A DNA stretch of 64,000 nucleotides from Macrostomum lignano. Taxonomy: Eukaryota. Below the pieces are notes generated by a model. It ran no database searches and was not told the DNA's origin. It saw only the letters and a list, made by a program, of their open reading frames with translations. Location: positions 210,298-274,297 of the forward strand of contig NIVC01000757.1 of assembly GCA_002269645.1 (NCBI GenBank), in the 5' to 3' direction. Positions 54,601-64,000 of the stretch are shown piece by piece (position 1 is the first letter of the stretch; each line of letters opens with the position of its first letter). The position numbers and the translations under genes are program-made.

Positions 54601-57591
54601 ATTGACACAGTGCTCTGTGGCAGTGGGAAAGAGATTGAAGCCCCATGGTACGCGTGGCATGCCATCCGTCAATAGTGACTGTGTGCGGAAAAAAGCTCAG
54701 TGCGCTACTGGTTAACACCGATGCTGACGGTGCTGACTAAAAAGTTTTCCCAGTGCGTTCAGTTTTTATGAACGCTGCAATGGAGAAGCTATCTGATAAA
54801 ATGATTAACAGCTAATAATTATTCACTCGCTAGCCTTTAAACGTTTGATAGAAAATGTCTCAGATTTTTCTTTATATTCATGTTCTCTGACCGGAAATTG
54901 ACAGCTGTGACTCATGGGGCAAATTGCTGACAGGTCAAGGCTGGGGGGGGGAACTTCTTGAAATTTCGATGCTTATGGGGGAATTGCTAAGATGCTAAGA
55001 CTCATCCATGGTGTTTGGATTAGGGTTTAGGGTCAATCATAGAATAATGAGATGGTAAAGCTTGGGCGGATTGCTGAGATGTCAAGGCTTACGGGGGGAA
55101 TTGCTGGGGTCATCGAGAGAGTAAAAAAGCTAAATGTAGTTTATTCAAAAGTTTGCATTCAATTTTTATAGGCGCTGGTTGCCATTTTTTACCGGCACAA
55201 ATTTAAATAGGACATTTTTCTGATATTTCTACTGACAGTATTATAAAAAAGACATTTTTCTGATATCTCTACTGACAGTATTATTAATAAGACATTTCTC
55301 TTATATCTCTACTGACAGTATTATAAATAGGACATTTTCTGATATCTCTACTGACAGTATTATTAATAAGACATTTTTCCGATATCTCTACTAACAGTAT
55401 TATAAATAGGACATTTTCTGAAATTTTTACTGACAGTATTATAAATAGGACATTTTCTGATATCTCTACTGACAGTGTTATAAATAGGACATTTTCTGAT
55501 ATTTCTACTGATAGTATTATAAATAGGACATTTTCTGAAATTTCTACTGACAGTATTATTAATAAGACATTTTTCTGATATTTCTACTGACAGTATTATA
55601 AATAGGACATTTTCTACCATTTTTATTACTGAGCAGACCCTGACTAACCACGCAGCAGGGATTGCCTTCGCAGCCGTGCTCGCCGCCGCAGTCGCAGGCT
55701 TCGCCCGGTTCAACCAGGCCGTTGCCGCAACGCGAAGGCCAGCCGCCGCCGCCAAGCACGGGCTCGTTTAGTCGCAGTCGGCCGTCTTTGCCGACTGGCG
55801 CCGGGTCCAACAGGCAGTGCCGGATGCCAGAGTCTAAGAAGGCTTTCAGAGCCGCTGTTGAACAATCGGACCAAGGCAGCTGGTGCAAAGGCGAGCCGAA
55901 CAGATTAGCGCTCATGATGCAGGCGGAGGCTGGGCACCGACAGTTGGGCGTCTCCTCATCGTGACCGGAGCCCAGGTTGTGGGCGAGCTCATGCGACATG
56001 ATGATGCCCGCTGTGGCCGAGTTGCGGCTGTCCCGGGTCACCTGGGATTGGGATTTTTAGTAGGAAATTTGAAGATTTTTCTTGGCTTGGGATTTAGCTG
56101 TCTAAGAGAGGGATTCTTTTCTTTGAGGGTTTGGGATTTGATCCTTTGAAAGATTGAGATTTGATCCTTTGAAAGATTGAGATTTGATCCTTGAAGGAGT
56201 GGGATTTGATCTTTGAAAGATTGGGATTTGATCTTTGAGGGATTGGGATTTGATCCTTGAGGGATTGGGATTTGATCTTTGAAAGATTGGGATTTGATCT
56301 TTGAGGGATTGGGATTTGATCTTTGAGACATTGGGATTTGATCTTTGAGAGATTGGGATTTGATCCTTGAGGGATTGGGATTTGATCTTTGAGGGATTGG
56401 GATTTGATCTTTGAGGGATTGGGATTTGATCTTTGAGGGATTGGGATTTGATCCTTGAGGGATTGGGATTTGATCTTTGAGGGATTGGGATTTGATCTTT
56501 GAGGGATTGGGATTTGATCTTTGAGGGATTGGGATTTGATCTTTAAGGGATTGGGATTTGATCTTTGAGAGATTGGGATTTGATCCTTGAGGGATTGGGA
56601 TTTGATCTTTGAGGGATTGGGATTTGATCTTTGAGGGATTGGGATTTGATCTTTGAGGGATTAAGATTTGATCTTTGAGGGATTGGGATTTGATCTTTGA
56701 GAGATTGGGATTTGATCTTTGACGGATTGGGATTTGATCCTTGAAGGATTGGGATTTGATCTTTGACGGATTGGGATTTGATCTTTGACGGATTGGGATT
56801 TGATTCTTGAAAGATAGGGATTTGATCTTTGAGAGATTGGAATTTAACCTTTCATAGATTGGGATTCGATCTTAAAGCTTGAGCTTTTTAATCTAGAAAA
56901 AACAGCAATAAATGGAAATTAATATTCTTAGAAATGGGAATTTCTAGTATTGGAAGTTGCAGATTCAAAGCACTCACAATGGAGAATCCCACACAGAACG
57001 GCCTACTGCACATCGTAGCCTCTTTGGCCATTCCCGCACTTTTGCCGTTGTAATAGGTGGATCGACCGCTGCAAAAAATTATTTGTATTTATCATATAAT
57101 TTTGTGCATAGGCTAATTAGACTACTTACTCGGCTTATAACAGTAGAAATGCTAGCACATTACTGGTATAATTGAAATAGTAGAATAGCAAAACTCACTG
57201 CAGAAGATGGATACAATCGAATCGCCATTCCAAAGGAAATGACGCAGCGTAGCTCATCAGAGAGTCCACAGTTTTTCTCGGATCGCTAAACGATGACAGA
57301 TCGTAATTTGTAAGCGGCTCCTTCCAGATCTCCAATCCAGTCACTGCTATGTGCAAGTTGAAACTTCGAAAGCGCTGAAATTTGTGCGTATGGCTATGGA
57401 TAAATCAGGGTTGCGTCATTCTTGTCATGTACACTCTCTGTCCCTTGGGTGTTGGCCTCAGTCAGGAGTCAGCGGAAATGGCAGAACTACAGTACAACAG
57501 CGCAATACAAGAAACTTACGTTATTAACAAAGTTGATAATATTTTGTGTGGCAGCAACCACGCTTTCCACATTGGAGTTGTGAATTGCGTA
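47620..57591 (-). CDS. ADAM (M12B) metalloprotease-disintegrin; exons 57520-57591, 57199-57374, 56978-57068, 55649-56041, 50958-51275, 49808-50143, 48710-49290, 47620-47971; prodomain exons not resolved
   Basis: Intact [12 protein letters not shown] zinc motif and CIMS Met-turn, [15 protein letters not shown] disintegrin start, GECDLSEHC loop, Cys-rich CGRLMC, a TM helix and a Q/P-rich tail. All junctions are GT-AG and in phase; the last acceptor has an alternative at 48006. Confidence 0.92.
48025..48703. repeat. (GACA)n microsatellite, ADAM intron
   Basis: Seen directly; fills almost the whole intron. Confidence 0.97.
49411..49792. repeat. 25-bp minisatellite, ADAM intron
   Basis: ccatagactagcaatccattaagct, ~15 copies. 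Confidence 0.95.
50205..50925. repeat. 22-bp degenerate minisatellite, ADAM intron
   Basis: ggggaaatcccatgcaaacacc units. Confidence 0.93.
51633..52365 (-). mobile_element. Mariner relic with an internal inverted duplication
   Basis: DNARP...[28 protein letters not shown] and RWQKC...GDYVEK fragments; one TIR (ACTTTTGGGACACCCCTCG followed by TA at 52366-52367) of the same type as the 13298 element. Confidence 0.85.
52665..54711 (-). mobile_element. piggyBac element in an ADAM intron
   Basis: TTAA at 52661-52664 and 54712-54715, CC/GG termini, subterminal inverted repeat gatggcacgccaggcgtgccatggg; the outer TIRs are diverged. Confidence 0.8.
53008..54387 (-). CDS. piggyBac transposase, 459 aa, apparently with an in-frame N-terminal deletion
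   Basis: [24 protein letters not shown] (DDD triad), KKRARFG-like [10 protein letters not shown], and C-terminal CRVC...CAGC...LC...CF..WH cysteine-rich domain. Confidence 0.9.
   Translation of the reverse strand: MANNIDDAAIAIVEGSVFTSDGCDSEYMSVDEELLDEEDGESNGEVAEHGVEFANENEWTTAQDGKDSRLSDLPEFLAVPGLNPDIQAQAPEGKMAQVQFYLQHFLNIVRDICQANYSPRQEVSVDEELVMYKGRLIFRQFMPNKRARFGIKVYCLTEASTGFLWNFHVHAAKQDNDKFGDGLNCGNLSMSEKIVVELSKNLLDLGYKVFCDSWFTSLRLAPFLLERSTLLTGTVRPNRGVPNELKVLPLQPVSHSQMRRGDVLAVKLVDRKASGRKTVYLLDTYGVAESTEVRRVIRGGAEESVLKPNSVLQYNKYMGGVDRLAAALQPYSAGRRTYRWHQKLGFHILLQLVRNAWICNCQGGSDIKFVEFLEAAIRTLMEQTGRGKRLNTSKRKAISQHAPSKLPPTDANARPTKRCRVCYSNGVAKRTVFVCAGCPGEPGLCAVPCFQNWHTAAAQ
55205..55617. repeat. 39-bp minisatellite, ADAM intron
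   Basis: ctgacagtattataaataggacattttctgatatctcta units. Confidence 0.93.
56110..56870. repeat. 22-bp minisatellite, ADAM intron
   Basis: gggatttgatctttgagggatt units. Confidence 0.95.
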
Positions 57592-57724
57592 CTGGAATGG
57601 GAAAGGAAATGCAAAAATGTTTATTTAAGGACACTGCACTTTACATGACCACATATCGGTACAAAAATTCAGCGACAAAATAGCGCTCCTCCGGAAAAAA
57701 AACGGGTATCCTGTTATGACTTTG

Positions 57725-57852
57725 TGATAGATAGATAGATAGATCGATAGATGGATAGATAGATAGATAGATAGATAGATCGATAGATCGATAGATCGAT
57801 AGATAGATAGATAGATAGATCGATAGATAGATAGATAGAAAGATAGATAGAT
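57725..57852. repeat. (GATA)n microsatellite
   Basis: Seen directly. Confidence 0.95.
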
Positions 57853-58236
57853 AGGTCGTAATGAGGTGCTCTTGCTGTCAAACCAAACAGAAAAAACTGC
57901 AATAAATTAATGATTTACAGCCTAAATGTCACGGAGAGATAGATTAATTAAACCGCAATTTCTTATCAATTTTGACTTGCGCACTTAGTAGGCCATTATT
58001 TATCTGGATAAAAAACACTGCCATGCAAGTCAAAGTTCGACTTTAACCACTTCGCTTCAAACCAGCTAACCCCAGCATGTAAACCCGAACTTTAGCACCA
58101 AAAAAATTAATTAAAATCGGAAATCCAGGCGCTCGGAAAAGCGGAAATCACAAACAGATTTACCATATAGACTCGGACGAATTAAGGACAATGTCTTAAG
58201 ATTTAAATTTAGCCAGGAAGAAACAAAACAAGAACA

Positions 58237-59590
58237 GGGTGAGACTCAGGTGACAGAGAGGGTGAGACTCAGTTGACAGAGAGGGTGAGACTCAGTTGAC
58301 AGAGAGGGTGAGACTCAGTTGACAGAGAGGGTGAGACTCAGTTGACAGAGAGGGTGAGACTCAGTTGACAGAGAGGGTGAGACTCAGTTGACAGAGAGGG
58401 TGAGACTCAGTTGACAGAGAGGGTGAGACTCAGTTGACAGAGAGGGTGAGACTCAGTTGACAGAGAGGGTGAGACTCAGTTGACAGAGAGGGTGAGACTC
58501 AGTTGACAGAGAGGGTGAGACTCAGTTGACAGAGAGGGTGAGACTCAGTTGACAGAGAGGGTGAGACTCAGTTGACAGAGAGGGTGAGACTCAGGTGACA
58601 GATAGGGTGAGACTCAGGTGACAGAGGGTGAGACTCAGGTGACAGAGGGTGAGACTCAGGTGACACTGACAGAGAGGGTGAGACTCAGGTGACAGATAGG
58701 GTGAGAGTCAGGTGACAGAGAGGGTGAGACTCAGGTGACAGATAGGGTGAGAGTCAGGTGACAGAGAGGGTGAGACTCAGGTGACAGATAGGGTGAGAGT
58801 CAGGTGACAGAGAGGGTGAGACTCAGGTGACAGATAGGGTGAGAGTCAGGTGACAGAGAGGGTGAGACTCAGGTGACAGATAGGGTGAGACTCAGGTGAC
58901 AGATAGGGTGAGACTCAGGTGACAGATAGGGTGAGACTCAGGTGACAGAGAGGGTGAGACTCAGGTGACAGAGGGTGAGACTCAGGTGACAGAGGGTGAG
59001 ACTCAGGTGACACTGACAGAGAGGGTGAGACTCAGTTGACAGAGAGGGTGAGACTCAGGTGACAGATAGGGTGAGACTCAGGTGACAGAGGGTGAGACTC
59101 AGGTGACAGAGGGTGAGACTCAGGTGACACTGACAGAGAGGGTGAGACTCAGGTGACAGATAGGGTGAGAGTCAGGTGACAGAGAGGGTGAGACTCAGGT
59201 GACAGATAGGGTGAGAGTCAGGTGACAGAGAGGGTGAGACTCAGGTGACAGATAGGGTGAGAGTCAGGTGACAGAGAGGGTGAGACTCAGGTGACAGATA
59301 GGGTGAGAGTCAGGTGACAGAGAGGGTGAGACTCAGGTGACAGATAGGGTGAGACTCAGGTGACAGATAGGGTGAGACTCAGGTGACAGATAGGGTGAGA
59401 CTCAGGTGACAGAGAGGGTGAGACTCAGGTGACAGAGGGTGAGACTCAGGTGACAGAGGGTGAGACTCAGGTGACACTGACAGAGAGGGTGAGACTCAGG
59501 TGACAGATAGGGTGAGACTTAGATGACAGAAAGGGTGAGACTCATGTGACAGAGAGGGTGAGACTCAGGTGACAGAGAGGGTGAGACACG
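58237..59590. repeat. 21-23 bp minisatellite with higher-order blocks
   Basis: gggtgagactcaggtgacagaga units; a variant with an extra cactga recurs at ~58665, ~59010, ~59130 and ~59475. Confidence 0.96.
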
Positions 59591-59891
59591 AATGATAGAG
59601 TGTGATAAAGAGGGGCTAAGACAGACACAGAAGAGACAGGCGAAGAATTCAGTACAAGAAGCCACCTCTAGTCACAAGCTACGACCCCAGGTTCACTGAG
59701 TCCAGCTGCAGCCTTAATAAAGGGGTCAGACAAGAATAAAAAAGAGCAACCAACTAAACAAAGACTTGACTAGAGTGAAGTGAAGTGAACAAAGCTTGCA
59801 ATAATAAGCTGACAACGTGTTGGTAGAGAGGAAAAGCACAAAGATCAGCGTTAGGGGCTGGAAACACACACACACACAGAGAAGGAGATAA

Positions 59892-59893
<2 letters not shown>

Positions 59894-59958
<65 letters not shown>
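59894..59958. repeat. (GA)n microsatellite
   Basis: Seen directly. Confidence 0.95.
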
Positions 59959-59962
<4 letters not shown>

Positions 59963-60629
59963 TAATTTATTCTGCAAAAGCTAGGAAAGTCATTGCACCG
60001 AGCAGGCCACAAGAAAGAATGGAGAGGTCTAACCAACAACAAAACTTTCCTTACAAATCTGTGTTCATTATTTTTCTAATTTATATTCTAAAAAAATGGT
60101 TTATGACCTCATAGCAACATTGCACAGTACTACAAATTAGCCGCAATCCACACAGTTCGCATTAGTTAACAACCAAGAATTCTGACTCATTCGTTGGCAT
60201 AGTCACAAGGCTTGGTAATATATAATAGCTTAAACTAAATGTGTAAGTCTAAGCTAGCGAAGTTGACTGGCCCTGGCTAAAGAACAACGGAACCCATATA
60301 TACCGCAATACACGCCTAATTAGCTGAATTATTTCGACTAGCGGTTTGACACCCAGCCAACCAGTCAAGTCTAAATTACAAAAAATATATATCCTTGCTA
60401 CGTACCTATACCCTAAATGCATTTGCAATACGACGCAGAGAATAATAAATAGTGTCTGTCATCGGAGAGGAACGCACACAGGCAGACTTTAGCACACTGT
60501 CTATCTCTCTTACTTGCCTATATGGACAGCCCTTATCAGCGGAAAGACCGCTAACTCCATAATTTGGTGTGAAAGTGTTTTGGCGAGCCATTGCCATGGG
60601 CAGTAGCTTTAATGCTTTTTTATATTTGC

Positions 60630-60707
60630 AGTCAGTCAGTCACCCACTCACTCAAGCCAGTCAGTCAGTCAGTCAGTCAGTCAGTCAGTCACCCACCCAC
60701 TCACTCA

Positions 60708-60740
<33 letters not shown>

Positions 60741-60825
60741 CCCACCCACTCACTCAAGTCAGTCAGTCAGTCAGTCAGTCAGTCAGTCAGTCAGTCAGTC
60801 AGTCAGTCACCCACCCACTCACTCA

Positions 60826-60858
<33 letters not shown>

Positions 60859-60874
60859 CCCACCCACTCACTCA

Positions 60875-60907
<33 letters not shown>

Positions 60908-60923
60908 CCCACCCACTCACTCA

Positions 60924-60956
<33 letters not shown>

Positions 60957-60972
60957 CCCACCCACTCACTCA

Positions 60973-61012
<40 letters not shown>

Positions 61013-61446
61013 AGTCAGTCAGTCAGTCAGTCAGTCAGTCAGTCAGTCAGTCAGTCAGTCAGTCAGCAAGTCAGTCAGCCAGTCAGTCAGTCAGCCAGTC
61101 AGTCAGTCAGCCAGTCAGTCAGCCAGTCAGTCAGTCAGTCAGTCAGTCAGGCAGTCAGTCAGTCAGTCAGTCAGTCAGTCAGCCAGTCAGTCAGTCAGCC
61201 AGTCAGTCAGTCAGTCAGTCAGCCAGTCAGTCAGTCAGTCAGTCAGTCAGTCAGTCAGTCAGTCAGTCAGTCAGTCAGTCAGTCAGTCAGTCAGTCAGTC
61301 AGTCAGTCAGTCAGTCAGCAAGTCAGTCAGCCAGTCAGTCAGTCAGCCAGTCAGTCAGTCAGTCAGTCAGCCAGTCAGTCAGTCAGTCAGTCAGTCAGTC
61401 AGTCAGTCAGTCGTCAGTCAGTCAGTCAGTAAGTACAGTCAGTCAG
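60630..61446. repeat. (GTCA)n microsatellite with interspersed cccacccactcactcaa units
   Basis: Seen directly. Confidence 0.95.
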
Positions 61447-61647
61447 GCTTTATAGTTTAACAGCTGCACCGCTAAAATGTCCGCATCTTGAAGTACATTT
61501 GCGGATCCCTAACTGGACAAAAAAGCAATTATATATTGGGGAGAAGAGAGTGGACAGACACTCCCACTATACGCACCTTTAATACTATGCATCAATATCT
61601 ATCCGTTTCTACATCACAGATTAGATTAGATAAGATAAGATAAGATA

Positions 61648-62445
61648 TGATTGTACAGGACACAGATAAGGATAAAGATAGTGGCAGATATGAGTGCAGG
61701 ATTGTACAGGACAAAGATAAGGATGAAGATAGTGGCAGATATGAGTGCAGGATTGTACAGGACACAGATAAGGATAAAGATAGTGGCAGATTTGAGTGCA
61801 GGATTGTACAGGACACAGATAAGGATGAAGATAGTGGCAGATATGAGTGCAGGATTGTACAGGACACAGATAAGGATAAAGATAGTGGCAGATATGAGTG
61901 CAGGATTGTACAGGACACAGATAAGGATAAAGATAGTGGCAGATATGAGTGCAGGATTGTACAGGACACAGATAAGGATAAAGATAGTGGCAGATATGAG
62001 TGCAGGATTGTACAGGACAAAGATAAGGATGAAGATAGTGGCAGATATGAGTGCAGGATTGTACAGGACACAGATAAGGATGAAGATAGTGGCAGATATG
62101 AGTGCAGGATTGTACAGGACACAGATAAGGATAAAGATAGTGGCAGATATGAGTGGATTGTACAGGACACAGATAAGGATAAAGATAGTGGCAGATATGA
62201 GTGCAGGATTGTACAGGACACAGATAAGGATAAAGATAGTGGCAGATATGAGTGCAGGATTGTACAGGACACAGATAAGGATAAAGATAGTGGCAGATAT
62301 GAGTGCAGGATTGTACAGGACAAAGATAAGGATGAAGATAGTGGCAGATATGAGTGCAGGATTGTACAGGACACAGATAAGGATAAAGATAGTGGCAGAT
62401 ATGAGTGCAGGATTGTACAGGGAACAGATAAGGATAAAGATAGTG
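61648..62445. repeat. 51-bp minisatellite, ~15 copies
   Basis: gattgtacaggacacagataaggataaagatagtggcagatatgagtgcag units. Confidence 0.97.
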
Positions 62446-62989
62446 ACGAACAGAAAAGCAGGAATCGATGCTATTCGTCTTAACAACCAGTTACAGTGTG
62501 ACTATGCAATATTGCGTGACACCATAGGGCAAGCAGGAAAGATGTTAATAAAATTTCACAATAGAAAATGTTAGAGGCAAAGAAATTAAAGGCGACACCT
62601 GACGCGGACACAAAGTCAGTTAGCTGCAGTCTACAGCACAGACTGATCGTGAGGTCAAACATATCTAGGGAAGTCAGTCAAACACATTTCAAGCCCCAAA
62701 GCGCTAGCAGAAAAATTTCTTAACAGTCAGCTGGGGGGATTTCTGCGTTTCAACAAACGTAAACAGCTTGGTCCCATAGGAAAATTTTCTTCGAAAGTTA
62801 CGTAACACTCGATTTGGGTAATAGACTGGGTTGATGAAAAAATCTTTTTTAGCCCGTCATTAGGCCCGGCATTAGGGACAATCCAGCAGTTTGAAAATGT
62901 AGCTGGATTATAAATTTACAGGTAGATTTTTGGAGTCGCTGGGTTATTTATTTCTTGGCAAAAACGGCAAAATCACTACAAAAGATTGA

Positions 62990-63505
62990 AGGGATCTTTG
63001 GTGGGATTGTAGGGATCTGTGGTGGGATTGTAAGGATCTGTGGTGGGATTTTAGGGATCTTTGATGGGATTGTAGGGATCTGTGGCGGGACTGTAGGGAT
63101 GGGATTGATGGAATCTTTGATGGGATTGTAAGGATCATTGGATGGATTGTAGGGATCTATGGCGGGATTGTAGGGATCTTTGGTGGGATTGTAGGGATCT
63201 TTGATGGGATTGTAGGGATCTTTGATGGGATAGTAGGGATCTTTGATGGGATAGTAGGGATCTATGGCGGGATTTTAGTTAGGGATCTATGGCGGGATTG
63301 TAGGGATCTGTGGTAGGATTGTAGGGATCTGTGGTAGGATTGTAGGGATCTGTGGTAGGATTGTAGGGATCTGTGGTAGGATTGTAGGGATCTGTGGTGG
63401 GATTGTAGGGATCTGTGGTAGGATTGTAGGGATCTTTAATGGGATTGTAAGGATCATTGGATGGATTGTAAGGATCTATGGCGGGATTGTAAGGATCTCT
63501 GCTGG
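62990..63505. repeat. ~21-bp degenerate minisatellite
   Basis: gggattgtagggatctgtggt units. Confidence 0.92.
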
Positions 63506-63863
63506 GATTAAAGAGACAGTTGGTGGCCGTTTTCGGAATGTTAAAAAATGTTTTTTAGAATTTCCCTAAAAACTGGATACTATATACAAATTTATTTTTT
63601 GTTTTAGAGGTCGAAAAAAAGTCCTTCAAGCCCTTTAACAAGACAGGCGGTTCCTCATGCCTGGGCAATAAATATTCAGATGGATGGATGGATAGATTAT
63701 CGAGCCTGCTAATCCCTCTACCTAAGCAGATGTACAAGTTTTTCCACATTTTTAGACAGCTGAACCGGGCGAGAGGAAAACAGCCCCCTAAACCCATGAA
63801 ACGGTTTAGTTTCAAGTTTAAACAAGCCCCACACAGCGGGCTACTAGCAAGGTCTGAACTGAG

Positions 63864-64000
63864 TGGATGGATGGATTGGCTTCACCCGGACTTTCCCCCC
63901 ATCCTCTGGTTTTCGGTGCAGCACGGCACACGGAAGCTGGATTCAGGGTGGAACATATCCATTTGGGTGCAATGTCCGCCACTCCTCATTCTCCCAACCC
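63864..64000 (-). mobile_element. Possible LINE 3' end with a (CCAT)n tail
   Basis: The minus strand reads ENEEWRTLHPNGYVPP* then a short UTR ending ccaatccatccatcc; cut off by the window edge. Confidence 0.3.

Noticed and set aside
60406-62662. Candidate ADAM prodomain or signal exons (60406-60597, 62480-62662)
   Set aside because: Only vague resemblance (GCPYRQ; a hydrophobic stretch); they could not be joined in phase.

Overview
Eukaryotic (metazoan, invertebrate-like) genomic DNA with spliceosomal introns. The abundance of intronic minisatellites and the Gln/Ala-rich exons resemble a flatworm such as Macrostomum (inference only). Host genes: Rab11 (+), an Mlx-like bHLH-Zip (+), WTAP/fl(2)d (+), a TPR plus acidic-tail NASP-like gene (+), a melatonin-receptor-like class A GPCR (+) and an ADAM metalloprotease (-, at least 8 exons). 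Mobile DNA: a decayed LINE, a Crypton-type tyrosine-recombinase element bounded by inverted repeats and carrying a THAP-like remnant, P-element and piggyBac deletion derivatives, two mariner relics, several MITEs with verifiable TSDs, a tRNA-derived SINE, and a foldback element with a telomere-like core. About 25 distinct tandem arrays account for most of the long ORFs in the ORF track, which are artefacts. Most notable: (1) two putative introns built almost entirely from tandem copies of a CAG|GT-containing segment homologous to the adjacent exon, which looks like intron birth by tandem duplication; (2) the inverted-repeat-bounded Crypton with THAP cargo; (3) a GTCTATGG/CCATAGAC motif roughly 10-fold enriched and present upstream of transposase ORFs from unrelated superfamilies. 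Several single-base frameshifts fall in homopolymers and may be assembly errors. All exon structures were read by eye from GT-AG signals and reading-frame continuity, with no transcript evidence.
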